Source: Nitrospirota bacterium (GTDB lineage Bacteria > Nitrospirota > UBA9217). Taken from it: a stretch of DNA of 64,000 nt. Shown in pieces: positions 8,893-18,955 of the stretch. The position numbers were made by a program, and so were the translations under genes. The DNA lies in assembly GCA_963796285.1 (NCBI GenBank), contig CAWCKW010000012.1, forward strand, positions 1,632,001 through 1,696,000, given 5' to 3'. The stretch's first letter is position 1. Each line of letters starts with the position of its first letter. The notes beneath the pieces were generated by a model that saw only the letters and a list, made by a program, of their open reading frames with translations, had not been told where the DNA came from and searched no databases.

Positions 8893-10656
8893 CTACTTTG
8901 TCGAATAACTTATCAGGCGATAGTGGTCGGCCGCGAACAGCCCGCCGGGTGTCATCACGATCGCCAGGACCTGTGCGCCCGATCCCTGCTGCCGGACAAT
9001 CTGATAATCCAGGACCGCGCCCGGGATGTCCTTGATGTTCCAACGCTGCTCGAGCCTGGCGCCTGTCCAACCAAGGTCGATGAACTCGGCCTCTTTGTGC
9101 CTGCTCAGAAACGTCGCGCCGATGTTCTTCGGAACCAGGACCTCATCTTTGCCGTCTCCGTTCAGGTCAACGGCAAATACCCGTCCTCTGATCTTCACCT
9201 TCCGGGATTTGTCGATCTCATCCGACGGTGAAAGCATGGCATCGATTCCGGTCAACGGTTTTATCACTGTCGTACCGACTGTTGGATACGTTTCCTCGCT
9301 CTTCCAGATACTCACCTCGTTGGAGTACACCTTCAACTGGTCATTGTCGTCGAGCGCAACAAGAAGAGGATTGGCCTCTCCCGCATCGGCATACGCGAAT
9401 CCGTAAAGATCCACCCCTTTCGGCAACGGGAACGCCGCCGTGGGAACATATTTCCCGTCAAGCCAGACATATTGTTTCGGCTGCCCTGCAGTGAACGAGA
9501 CCGGATTGTACCCCCGGCCGATCAGTATGCTCCCTTTCCGGGGAGAGGCGACCACCCGGAGGAACCCCGGTAGGTCGGCGATCCGTTGATAGACACCGTC
9601 CTTGAACTCTATGACGTAGGAAATGACCGTGCCATTCAGCATGCCGGTCACGAAGATCTCCGGCCTGCCGTTGCCGTTGATGTCCGCTACGTCGATATTG
9701 AAGTGCAGCATTTCGCTGGGGGGGTAGGCTATGGTCTCGACCCATTCCTCACGCCATCCCGAAGGCCACTGTTTGAAGATATGGAGCTTCGCGCCGTCGG
9801 AGAAGACATACTGCAGCGAGCCGGTCCCTTCCAGGTCGGCGGCAGCGAAGAGCCGGGCATTGAAGCTCAGCTCCAGAATGTTACTTTTCACCTCTTTCTG
9901 CGGAGCGAAGAACGGATTGACCTCCCCGAGGGCGTCCCGTTTGGTCCTGAGATCCAGCAGGGCCACGATCGTATCAAGCGGTCTGGCATCATCGGCGTAG
10001 AATATTCCCGTGGTCACCAGATACTTGCTGTCCGAGGGGTGGACCTCGACCGTCAGGACCACATCGAGACCGAAGGTCTTTCCCATCTCACTGATCAGGG
10101 AGGCGTCCCGCTGTTTTCTATCGTTCAGGAACGCCGCCCCTTTTTCACTGTCAAGCACGGTGAACCTGTTGCTTTCCTTTAAACGCTCTGCAAGTCCCTG
10201 GATGATCTCGGGATGTTCCGCCCGAAGGGGAATAATGCCGAGTGCTAACTTCTTCGGCGTGATCCGCGCCTTGTCTCCCGCCTTCGGCTCCTTCAGTTTT
10301 TTCGTCAGCACGCCGGTGGACGTCGTTTCGCCCACAGCGGTCACCTCGAGGCTGCCGACCTCTTCCTCAATATGGCCGATCACGACCTTCGTCACCGGGT
10401 GGAGGATTTCCTTGCCGTCCGTCCAGACCGTAAGGAGAACGCCCTTCTGAAGACCATCCTTTGTCCCCAGCGCTATCGTAAGCTGGTCACCCGCTACGGT
10501 CTTCACCTCACCCTGGACCGGGGGAAAGTATGACGAGATCGCGGTCGCAAGCTGGTCCACCGAGGTATATTCCTTCATGCCGAGCGGCTTATCCGCAGCA
10601 ATCGCGCCGGTGACAAGCGATAGGCTAAGCAGGCACTGTATGATCACGTTTCTCAT
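8893..10656 (-). CDS. Exported VCBS/FG-GAP-repeat protein
   Basis: Signal peptide; DINGNGRPEI and DLNGDGKDEV repeats. Confidence 0.75.
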   Translation of the reverse strand: MRNVIIQCLLSLSLVTGAIAADKPLGMKEYTSVDQLATAISSYFPPVQGEVKTVAGDQLTIALGTKDGLQKGVLLTVWTDGKEILHPVTKVVIGHIEEEVGSLEVTAVGETTSTGVLTKKLKEPKAGDKARITPKKLALGIIPLRAEHPEIIQGLAERLKESNRFTVLDSEKGAAFLNDRKQRDASLISEMGKTFGLDVVLTVEVHPSDSKYLVTTGIFYADDARPLDTIVALLDLRTKRDALGEVNPFFAPQKEVKSNILELSFNARLFAAADLEGTGSLQYVFSDGAKLHIFKQWPSGWREEWVETIAYPPSEMLHFNIDVADINGNGRPEIFVTGMLNGTVISYVIEFKDGVYQRIADLPGFLRVVASPRKGSILIGRGYNPVSFTAGQPKQYVWLDGKYVPTAAFPLPKGVDLYGFAYADAGEANPLLVALDDNDQLKVYSNEVSIWKSEETYPTVGTTVIKPLTGIDAMLSPSDEIDKSRKVKIRGRVFAVDLNGDGKDEVLVPKNIGATFLSRHKEAEFIDLGWTGARLEQRWNIKDIPGAVLDYQIVRQQGSGAQVLAIVMTPGGLFAADHYRLISYSTK

Positions 10657-10703
10657 GTTGATGATGACCTCTTTTCTTTTGCGTCATTATTCATTTTGCA
10701 GTA

Positions 10704-10790
10704 ACCACTCAGGAACATAAAACAAACAAAGCCGGTTTACACGCAAGGTCTGAAGCCCTTCTTTGTGCCTTCGTGGCTCAGTGTGGCCCT
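10704..10790. repeat. Degenerate ~9-bp-period inverted repeat
   Basis: ACCACTCAGGAACATAAAACAAACAAAG ... CTTTGTGCCTTCGTGGCTCAGTGTGGC. Confidence 0.5.
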
Positions 10791-10853
10791 CTTTTTGGCC
10801 ATTGTGTGAGACAAGCCTGATTAGTATATTTTGCGCGTGCCCATTTTCCCTTA

Positions 10854-13037
10854 TTACTCCACCTTCACCCGTATCTCCACTTCCCAAGACTTTCCCGGCG
10901 GGAGCGAGAGGCGCCAGATCGGCATCACCATCGAGCTCTGGTATACCCGCTCGAACCCCCCCTCGGATTGCGAGACCGTTTCGACCGGCGCACGCCAGAG
11001 GCTTGCGGACAGGGAGAAGGCGAGCGTAAGTTTAAGTTTGAGCCATTCGTCCACGAGGCCCACCTGCTCCACGTCGTTCGTTTCACCACTGGACGCGAGG
11101 TTCCGCTTTTCCAACTGATGTCCCGGGATGTCGTAGTAACGGTCGTGGGCGTTCCCCGCGAGAAGTGAGAAGTTGAACTCGCTGCCGAAGGAAGTGTTGA
11201 GCTCTTCGGCGCTCAGGTTCTCGAGCTCATAGCGCACAATAAATTCCGATGCGGCCCGGTGCAGGGAGATCTCTTTTCTGAGCCGGATTGCGAGACCGAC
11301 AACATTCCCGCGGCGCTCCAGGACAAGCGTTGCAACCTCCGCCTGTTTTCTCTGCTTCAGGTCGTAGGCGCCGAGCACAAAATCGCCCGCCTCGTAGTAT
11401 TCGGACCGCATGAAACTCGCAAGGTCGACGCCGGACTCGAGGAAATGATCGATGAGGGACCCCCGCTTGTACAGGTCGTACAGGAGGTGGTATTCGAGCC
11501 CTTCCTCTTTTACCACCACGCGATCATGGATCGTCCTTGCGACGCAGGCGTCCGTGTCCTTGCCCGCTGTGCAGATCCTTTCATGATACCCCTCGCGCCT
11601 GCGCGTGAGCGTGTTCGTAAGGTTGAATGAACGAGGCTTCCAGTCAAACTCCGTGATCCTGCCGCCCTCCGCCGGATCGATGAACAGGTTCATGCGTTCG
11701 GAGTTCAGCATGACCTCCTCACTCCCGTCCCCGTCAAAGTCGCCCTGTTCGATGTCAAGCCAGGATGGCTGAAGACCCGTCTCTTGCTTCTCCTGACCTC
11801 TGACCCCTGACCCCTGACCCTTGAATACCGTGTCCGCAAGGACCTCCGCCTGTATCAAATGCTCATACACCGCAGAGCGTAAATGCGGCAAATAGAGTCC
11901 GCCGAACACGCCGTGCCAGTACGAATCATTGCACTGAGACTGATAGAGATGGTCGAGCATCCGCACTGCCCCGTCATTGCGCGTCGCGCCCTGCGCGTCA
12001 AGCGCATCGAGCGCTTCGTGGACCTTCCGGCTAACCATCACCATCCGCTTGTGCATGTGGTTGCTCTCGGGGTACTTTGCCAGAAAGTTCCGCCAGAACC
12101 CTCCCTTGATGAAGGGCCTGACGCCCGCAAACTCGGGGGACCCTTTTACCTTTGCCAGTGCGTCGCCGTATTCCTTCATGGCGCGCGTCGGGAGCGCCCA
12201 TTCGCCCATTTCCATGTACGAAGCCGTGGGGAGATAGATCATGCCGCGCGGAGGTTCCCTTGTCAGGTACTCGGAAAAGGTGGTGGTCTCAAGCCATTCG
12301 CTGTTCTGTTCCAGAAGCGTGAAGAAGCGCTCGAGCCAGCCCTCCTCATACACAGAGTGATACGTCTCGGGCCAGATGCCGAATTTTTCGCCGTCATCAG
12401 CCATCGTCACCAGCCTGTTCCTCTCCGTGGAGCGGAGTCCGGATAAAAAAGCGATGGTCTCTTCGGGCGGCTGGAACGGGATCAGGTATCGGAGCCTCTC
12501 GCTTCCCGGGAAGATGCGCAGAACGCTGTTTTGCTCCTCGGTGAGAAAATACCCGTCAAGTTCATCGTCATGAAGCCCGGCCATCTTGAAATGAAAATCA
12601 TCGACAACCACATGATTGATTCCCGCCGCTACAATGGTTTTGGGAAGCTGGGGTTCCCAGACCCGTTCAGCGAGCCACAGGCCCTGCGCATCGTAGCCCA
12701 GCACGCGCTCGATGTAGTCCGTGAGCGCACGGACCTGGCCTATCTTGTCTTCATCGGGCAGTACGGAGAGGATCGGCTCGTAAAATCCACCGGAGAGGAT
12801 CTCGGCCCTGCCCTCATTCACAAGATTCTTGAGCATGTCGATGAACTCAGGATGGTGTTGTTCGAAATAATGGTAAAGGGTCCCGGTGTAATGCAGCGTG
12901 ATCTTGAGAGATGGATGGCGCTCAAGCACCTTGATAAAGGGCAGATACGCTTTCTGATAGGCGTCCTCAGCCACGAAATCGAAATTGCCGACCGGCTGGT
13001 GATTGTGAATGGCAAAGATGAATTGTACTTTCGGCAT
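10854..13037 (-). CDS. GH57 alpha-amylase / 4-alpha-glucanotransferase
   Basis: HNHQP, GGFYEPIL, WLAERVWEP, DDGEKFG, QCNDSYWHGVFGG, SQSEGGFERVYQ; start estimated at MPKVQ. Confidence 0.92.
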   Translation of the reverse strand: MPKVQFIFAIHNHQPVGNFDFVAEDAYQKAYLPFIKVLERHPSLKITLHYTGTLYHYFEQHHPEFIDMLKNLVNEGRAEILSGGFYEPILSVLPDEDKIGQVRALTDYIERVLGYDAQGLWLAERVWEPQLPKTIVAAGINHVVVDDFHFKMAGLHDDELDGYFLTEEQNSVLRIFPGSERLRYLIPFQPPEETIAFLSGLRSTERNRLVTMADDGEKFGIWPETYHSVYEEGWLERFFTLLEQNSEWLETTTFSEYLTREPPRGMIYLPTASYMEMGEWALPTRAMKEYGDALAKVKGSPEFAGVRPFIKGGFWRNFLAKYPESNHMHKRMVMVSRKVHEALDALDAQGATRNDGAVRMLDHLYQSQCNDSYWHGVFGGLYLPHLRSAVYEHLIQAEVLADTVFKGQGSGVRGQEKQETGLQPSWLDIEQGDFDGDGSEEVMLNSERMNLFIDPAEGGRITEFDWKPRSFNLTNTLTRRREGYHERICTAGKDTDACVARTIHDRVVVKEEGLEYHLLYDLYKRGSLIDHFLESGVDLASFMRSEYYEAGDFVLGAYDLKQRKQAEVATLVLERRGNVVGLAIRLRKEISLHRAASEFIVRYELENLSAEELNTSFGSEFNFSLLAGNAHDRYYDIPGHQLEKRNLASSGETNDVEQVGLVDEWLKLKLTLAFSLSASLWRAPVETVSQSEGGFERVYQSSMVMPIWRLSLPPGKSWEVEIRVKVE
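11791..11825. repeat. 7-bp tandem repeat inside the GH57 coding sequence
   Basis: TCCTGAC CTCTGAC CCCTGAC CCCTGAC CCTTGAA, read on the minus strand as FKGQGSGVRGQ. Confidence 0.8.
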
Positions 13038-13280
13038 CCCGTTGAAACCCTTTGTTTTCCTGATATTTTCGATGAGAATACAGACTGGAATATTAGCCTT
13101 GTGGCCGCGAAAAGTCAATCGAAAACAGGAAAATGAACGTTGTTGCGGCTAGATCAAGACGAGCAACAGAGATTCACAAACACGAAGGCATCGGCAACCG
13201 CTTTTTTCTGCGGCCGCGCGGAAGGAAACCACTGGTAGTCAGTTGCAGATCAGATTCTTAAAAAACTGGGAAGAATCTTT

Positions 13281-13376
13281 ACCGCAAGGACGCAAAGGTC
13301 GCGAAGAAAGACAAATGATTTATGATTAAAACTAGGAATGAAAGGGTTTCTTGGCGTTCTTTGCGTCTTTGCGAGA
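13281..13376. repeat. ~9-bp-period inverted repeat element (CGCAAAG subfamily)
   Basis: ACCGCAAGGACGCAAAGGTCGCGAAG ... CTTGGCGTTCTTTGCGTCTTTGCGAGA. Confidence 0.8.
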
Positions 13377-13462
13377 AAACGAATTTTTTTTTATTCCGCT
13401 TTGTCCGGATTAGGAATAAGAGTATTGTGAACAGAGAACCTGCGATAAGCATTTAACTTGTC

Positions 13463-14194
13463 TTATCCCGTCCTCTTCACCAGCCTGCCTGCAAGGGAGA
13501 AGAAGATGACCGTATATGCCGCGAGCACGATCACGGACCCCGGGGAGGGATCATTGCCCGATGCAAGCGCGCGTAGCAGGATGCTTGCGTGCGTAAGCGG
13601 GTAGATAAGGATCGCGGTGTGGAAGGGTTCCGGCAATTTGTCAGGCGAAAAGAACGTGCCTGCCAAAAACGACATGGGAAGGATGAAAAAACTGTTGAAG
13701 TTCGCCATGTCCTCGTGCGTGCGTGTGACCATGGCCGCAGCCACGCCTGCTGCGCCGAAACAGAATGCCGTAAGCGACAACACCGTGAAAAAAGAAATGG
13801 ACAAGTGCAGGTGCACGCCGGAAACCAGCCCGACCAGTATGAGCATAAGCGCCGAGAAGAGCCCGCGTGCGAAGCCCGTCAGCGTCCTGCCGAGAGTGAT
13901 GTCCCACGGACTGACCGGCGAGACGAGCACTTCCTCGAGCGTCTTGGTATAAAGCTTGCTGATATTGAGCGACGCTGAGACGGAGCTGAAGCTGTTGTTC
14001 ATGGCCGAGAGTGCGAGGATACCGGGCAGGACGAACTCGAGGTACGTGCCTCCGCCCAGGTTCATGCCCCTGCCGAGGCCCCAGCCGAAGGTCACCAGGT
14101 AGAGGACAGGCATGACCAGGCTCGAGGCAAGGAACCTCCAGGGCTTCTTGCGAATGAGCATCATCTCTTTCCATAGTATGGGGTAGAAGTTCAT
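13463..14194 (-). CDS. ABC-2 type transporter permease
   Basis: Hydrophobic; YLEFVLPGIL, FLAGTFFS, YPLTHA. Confidence 0.9.
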   Translation of the reverse strand: MNFYPILWKEMMLIRKKPWRFLASSLVMPVLYLVTFGWGLGRGMNLGGGTYLEFVLPGILALSAMNNSFSSVSASLNISKLYTKTLEEVLVSPVSPWDITLGRTLTGFARGLFSALMLILVGLVSGVHLHLSISFFTVLSLTAFCFGAAGVAAAMVTRTHEDMANFNSFFILPMSFLAGTFFSPDKLPEPFHTAILIYPLTHASILLRALASGNDPSPGSVIVLAAYTVIFFSLAGRLVKRTG

Positions 14195-14262
14195 AGTTAA
14201 GACCTTATGCTATTTCTCGTCAGAACTTGACATGTTCGCGCGAATGTTTGCCATTGAATAGA

Positions 14263-14519
14263 CCCCTCACCCCAGCCCTCTCCCGCAAGGGGCGAAGGAG
14301 GTTTGCATCCTCTCCCCAACGAGGGAGAGGACCGAGGTGAGGGGGGATTGGTTGCGGCCAAAAGCCGCGCTATGTAACCACGGATGAACACCGATAAAAT
14401 CTCACTAACGCTGGATTCCCGATAGGACTGTTCGGGAATGACACTGCTTAAACATTGCATGTGAAGGCTCTTTTCGTTCTACTCCGCACTCCTCACTCCG
14501 AACTCCGAACTCGCAACTC
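14263..14519. repeat. Composite cluster of several short palindromic repeats
   Basis: CCCCTCACCCCAGCCCTCTCCC...GGGAGAGG..GGTGAGGGG; TTGCGGCCAAAAGCCGCGCTATG; CCACGGATGAACACCGAT; GGATTCCCGA...TCGGGAATGAC; (ACTCCGM)n. Confidence 0.75.
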
Positions 14520-15375
14520 ATCCCTCGATCCTCTCACCCGTCATATTTATGAATACATCTTCGAGCGTGACGTCCCGCAGCATGAAATCAGTGCACATAT
14601 CGCGGCTGGCATCGACCGCTTTCTCCCGCGTTTGATAAAATTGTCGCGGCACATCATGCCTCCCTATGCACTCGAGGGTGAACTTGCCGACGCTTGCCTT
14701 GAGCACTGCGGGCTTTTCCAACGCGATGATCTTGCCGGCGCGCATGATCGCCACCCGGTCGCAGAGTGCGTCCGCCTCTTCGATATAGTGCGTGGTGAGC
14801 AGGATCGTGATATTGCTCCGCTTCAGCGCTTCGATCAATCCCCAGATCAACCTTCGCGCCTGCGGGTCCAGCCCGACCGTCGGTTCGTCCATGAATATGA
14901 CCTCGGGCCGGTGCATGAGCCCCCGCGCGATCAGGAGCCTCCTGCGCATGCCGCCGGAGAGGTGTTCCACCGGCGTGTCCTTCCTGTCCCAGAGCCCGAC
15001 GAAACGCAGCAGTTCTTCGCTTCGCGCGTCCCGGTCCGCGGGATCCATCTTGTAAAGCCTGCCATGGAACTCCAGGTTCTCCGCACAGGTGAGATCGATA
15101 TCGAGGTTCAGCATCTGCGGGACCACACCGATCGAACGTTTGACACGGAGAGGATCATTGGTCACGTCATACCCCGCTACCGACGCACTACCCGACGTGG
15201 GTTTCAAGAGCGTGGTCAGCATGCGGATCGTCGTGGTCTTCCCCGCGCCATTCGGGCCGAGCAGGCCAAAGACCTCTCCCTTGCCAACGGAGAAGCTGAT
15301 GGACTGGACCGCGCCGAGAGTGCCGAAATATTTTGTGAGATTAGCGGTTTCGATCATATTTTCGGAATAATCCAC
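14518..15375 (-). CDS. ABC transporter ATP-binding protein (DrrA/NodI-like)
   Basis: GPNGAGKTT, LSGGMRRR, DEPTVGLD, LTTHYIEEA. Confidence 0.95.
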   Translation of the reverse strand: MDYSENMIETANLTKYFGTLGAVQSISFSVGKGEVFGLLGPNGAGKTTTIRMLTTLLKPTSGSASVAGYDVTNDPLRVKRSIGVVPQMLNLDIDLTCAENLEFHGRLYKMDPADRDARSEELLRFVGLWDRKDTPVEHLSGGMRRRLLIARGLMHRPEVIFMDEPTVGLDPQARRLIWGLIEALKRSNITILLTTHYIEEADALCDRVAIMRAGKIIALEKPAVLKASVGKFTLECIGRHDVPRQFYQTREKAVDASRDMCTDFMLRDVTLEDVFINMTGERIEG

Positions 15376-15433
15376 AATGCAACATTATCGGAGAACAGCG
15401 CTGATACTTGATGCCATTAAAAAGGTCACGATC

Positions 15434-15513
15434 CACCGCAGAGACGCGGAGACACGGAGAACTGCATTTTGAAAAGAATAAAGATTTTCTCTGCGCCTCA
15501 GCGTCTCGGCGGT
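15434..15513. repeat. ~9-bp-period inverted repeat element
   Basis: CACCGCAGAGACGCGGAGACACGGAG ... CTCTGCGCCTCAGCGTCTCGGCGGT. Confidence 0.85.
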
Positions 15514-15562
15514 TTAATTCGACTTATTGCAATTTCATCAAACTTACTAAAATGCTAAAAAA

Positions 15563-16948
15563 TTAGTCTTCCGTCTCAATCCCCAGCGCCTTGATCTTTC
15601 GGTGCAAGTTGCTCCGCTCCACGTTGATGGCGTCAGCGGTCTTGCTCACGTTCCCGTTGTTCTCACGAAGTTTTTGTATAATAAACTCGCGCTCGAACTC
15701 CGCGCGGGCGTCCTTGAGCGTTGCAAAACCGTTGTGTATCAGCACTCCAGCATGTCCCTCCCGCCCTTTCTGGCCTGCCTGATCCATGCTGAGAGGAGGC
15801 GGAATATCGGAAAGCCTGATCACGGGGCCGGGGGCCATGATGAGCAACCGCTCGATGATATTGCGGAGCTCGCGTACATTCCCGGGCCATGCATAACGGA
15901 CAAAGAGCGCGAGCGCGCCATCGTCGATGGTCTTCGGCTTCTGTCCGTATTCGTTCGAAAACTCCTGAAGGAAGTGGCGAACCAGGCGCGGGATATCATC
16001 GGACCGCTCGCGGAGCGGAGGAACGTCAAGGGGGATCACATTCAAACGGTAATAGAGGTCCTCGCGGAAAGCGCCTTTTTTGATCTCGTCTAAAAGATTT
16101 TTATTCGACGCAGCGATCACCCGCACGTCCACTTTGATCGTTCGCGTGCCGCCCACGCGCTGGAACTCCTGCCCTTGCAGTACGCGAAGCACCTTGGCCT
16201 GCGTGGCCAGGCTCATGTCCGCGATCTCGTCAAGAAAGATCGTGCCCTTGTCGGCAACCTCGAACTTCCCGCGCTTCATGCCGATCGCGCCGGTGAATGA
16301 CCCCTTTTCGTGCCCGAACAATTCGCTCTCGATCAGTTCCTGCGGGATCGCCGCGCAGTTCACCTCCACGAAGGGCCCGCTGTACCGCTTGCTCGCCCGA
16401 TGGATGGCGCGGGCCACGAGTTCCTTGCCTGTCCCGCTCTCGCCGTGGATCAGCACCCACCCGTTCGTGGGACCGGCAAGCGCGATCTGCTGTTTCAGCG
16501 CGTTGATCTTCTCACTCTCGCCCACGATCACGCTCCGCCGCTCAATGCTCTTTTTAAGGGTCTCATTCTCCTCGCGAAGCCGGAACTCTTCCAGCCCGTG
16601 CTTGACCACCAGGATCAGATGCGCCAGCTCGGGCGGCTTCACCATGAAGTCGTAGGCCCCCATCTTCGTGGTCTTGACCGCTATCTCGATGGTGCCGTGG
16701 CCCGTCACCATGATCACCGGCATATCGGGCCTCATCTCCCGGAACCGCTGGAGAACCTCGATCCCGTCCATCTCTGGCATGGCAATGTCGAGCAGCGCCA
16801 GCGACGGCTGCGTTTCACCCAGCAGTTCGATCCCTTCCCTGCCCGAGGCCGCGGTCACGACGTCATAGCCTTCGTCCCGCATGACATCGGCAAGGCTCTT
16901 GCGCACGCTTTCTTCGTCATCGATTATGAGTATTGTTTCACCTGACAT
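15563..16948 (-). CDS. Sigma54-dependent response regulator (NtrX-like)
   Basis: REC domain, GESGTGKE, GSFTGA, NVSKTADAINVERSNLHRKIK HTH typical of the NtrX subgroup. Confidence 0.9.
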   Translation of the reverse strand: MSGETILIIDDEESVRKSLADVMRDEGYDVVTAASGREGIELLGETQPSLALLDIAMPEMDGIEVLQRFREMRPDMPVIMVTGHGTIEIAVKTTKMGAYDFMVKPPELAHLILVVKHGLEEFRLREENETLKKSIERRSVIVGESEKINALKQQIALAGPTNGWVLIHGESGTGKELVARAIHRASKRYSGPFVEVNCAAIPQELIESELFGHEKGSFTGAIGMKRGKFEVADKGTIFLDEIADMSLATQAKVLRVLQGQEFQRVGGTRTIKVDVRVIAASNKNLLDEIKKGAFREDLYYRLNVIPLDVPPLRERSDDIPRLVRHFLQEFSNEYGQKPKTIDDGALALFVRYAWPGNVRELRNIIERLLIMAPGPVIRLSDIPPPLSMDQAGQKGREGHAGVLIHNGFATLKDARAEFEREFIIQKLRENNGNVSKTADAINVERSNLHRKIKALGIETED

Positions 16949-17034
16949 GTCGTTTCCTTATGTACCAAAATTCAAAGTCGCGCGACTTGCACCACATACG
17001 GGTCACGCACTCCTGCTGCATTCTCCAATGAAAT

Positions 17035-17439
17035 TTACGGACAATTCCCCAACCGCTTGGCCTTGACCGTCATATTCATGGTTTGCCCCTGGGTCTGCAT
17101 CTTCATGGTCGAATCGTAGGCATCCCTCGTGTAAACCGTCTCGCCGCTGAAGTCACCGGCATGTTTGCCGGTACATTTCATCTTCCAGGTGACCTTATTG
17201 CCGGACTGTTTTATATCCGTAACAGTACAATTTTTGTCAGTAGTGATGGTTTTTTTCTGATCCTTAACATCTTCCTTGGTGTAGCAGTGCTTTATCGTAG
17301 TTGGTGGCATTGCCATAGGCATACCGGGCATTTCCATAGTGCTGGTCAGTTCCCAGTATCCATCACGCATTACATCGGCAGCAAAGCTGGCAGCCGGAAG
17401 GGCCAAGGCGAATAGAATGGTAATGACGATCTTTTTCAT
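17035..17439 (-). CDS. Exported DUF3617-like protein
   Basis: Signal peptide, GYWELTSTMEMPG, four Cys, C-terminal KRLGNC. Confidence 0.75.
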   Translation of the reverse strand: MKKIVITILFALALPAASFAADVMRDGYWELTSTMEMPGMPMAMPPTTIKHCYTKEDVKDQKKTITTDKNCTVTDIKQSGNKVTWKMKCTGKHAGDFSGETVYTRDAYDSTMKMQTQGQTMNMTVKAKRLGNCP

Positions 17440-17552
17440 AACTAAACCTCCTTTATGATTCATTTATTTTAACCATTTATTATCTTAACGGAATTGCCCC
17501 GCATTTTTCTCTTGTCGATAACCATGTCCTTGGCTCAGGACCGGCGTCCACT

Positions 17553-18684
17553 CTACACGCCTCTTGTCAAACGTTTCTTCAGCACCTCGACAACGGCATC
17601 GATCTCCGCCTCAGTCGTTTCTCTCCCCAGGCTGAAGCGGATAGCGCCGCGGGCGAGCGCGGGGTCCGTGCCCATGGCGACCAGCACATGCGAAGCATTC
17701 ACCGTACTGCCATGGCACGCTGCGCCGGGAGAAACAGCAATGCCTGTCAAGGCCTCCATGACCGCTATCGAATCGAACCCTTCAAAGCTGATGTTCCAGG
17801 TATTCGGAAGCTTTTTTTCAGGATGGCCGTTCAGATGCACCTTCAGTCCTGCGCGTTTCAGTCCGTCAAACAATCGCTGCCCGAGTTTTATCTGGCGGGG
17901 CCCCTCGGTATCCATGATCTCCGAAGCGACCATGCATGCCGCGCCCAGCCCGACGATAAATGCCGCGTTCTCCGTTCCCGGCCGCAGGCCGCGTTCATGT
18001 CCTGCCCCGTGCATCATCGGCAGAAGTTTGCGTCCGTTTTTGATATACAAAGCGCCGATGCCTTTCGGCGCATAGAACTTGTGGCCTGCCACGGTCAGGA
18101 AATCCACACCAAGGTCATCGACCTGCACGCGCACCTTACCCACGCTCTGCGCAGCATCGGTGTGGAACAGCACGTTACGGGACAGATGCTATCCTGCTCA
18201 GCGCCTTGATATCCTGGATCGTCCCGACCTCGTTGTTCGAATGCATGATCGTAACAAGCGCGGTATTCGGCGTGATCGCCTTTTCGAGGTCAGCAGGATC
18301 CACCATGCCGTATTTATCAACCGGCAGGTACGTTACCGTATACCCGAATCGTTCAAGATTGCGGCAGGGTTCCAGGACTGCGGGATGCTCGATCTGTGAA
18401 GTAATGAAGTGCTTCCCCTTGCCTGCCGCCTTGGCGATCCCCTTGATCACCATGTTGTTCGATTCCGTGGCCCCGCTCGTGAAGATGATCTCCGAGGCCT
18501 CGCACCCCAGGAGCGCCGCGACCCGCTCGCGCGCCTGTTCGATGCCCGCCTTGAGCGCGACGCCGTAGGGATGGCTGCTCGATGGATTGCCGTATTTATT
18601 TTTCAGATACGGCAGCATCTCGTCGAGGACCCTCGGATCGACAGGTGTGCTTGCGTTATAATCGAGATAGATCGGGTTCATCAT
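17553..18684 (-). CDS. Cysteine desulfurase family protein (split by one frameshift near 18175)
   Basis: YLDYNASTP, FTSGATESNN, HTDAAQSVGK, GHKFYAPKG, GAACH across two adjoining ORFs. Confidence 0.9.
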
Positions 18685-18753
18685 AAGATTATCTATTAGC
18701 GAGGCTTCGCTTCAGACCGGCCAGACATGAAACAAACCTGAAACAAAAGCGTC

Positions 18754-18830
18754 TCGCGCAAAGCCGCAAAGGCCGCAAAGGGTAAATCATGAACTCAGCC
18801 TTTCTTGGCGTGCTTGGCGGCTTTGCGCGA
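18754..18830. repeat. ~9-bp-period inverted repeat element
   Basis: TCGCGCAAAGCCGCAAAGGCCGCAAAG ... CTTGGCGTGCTTGGCGGCTTTGCGCGA. Confidence 0.85.
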
Positions 18831-18955
18831 AAATCGATTTTGACTTTGACTTGAAAAAACCTGACTCAAAATTAAATATTTTGGTTTGTAAATTACTTAA
18901 AAGGTTGAACGTGCAATGAAAGACGCGAAAAGATTTTCCCCTTCAATCATAGCTG

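Noticed and set aside
13281-13310. GGACGCAAAG resembling a c-di-GMP-I riboswitch core
   Set aside because: It is the arm of the 9-mer inverted repeat family; the upstream GGCAAAC/GAAA stem is missing
14197-14460. 87-aa ORF with PSPRSSPSLGRG
   Set aside because: Translation of palindromic repeats, not a credible gene
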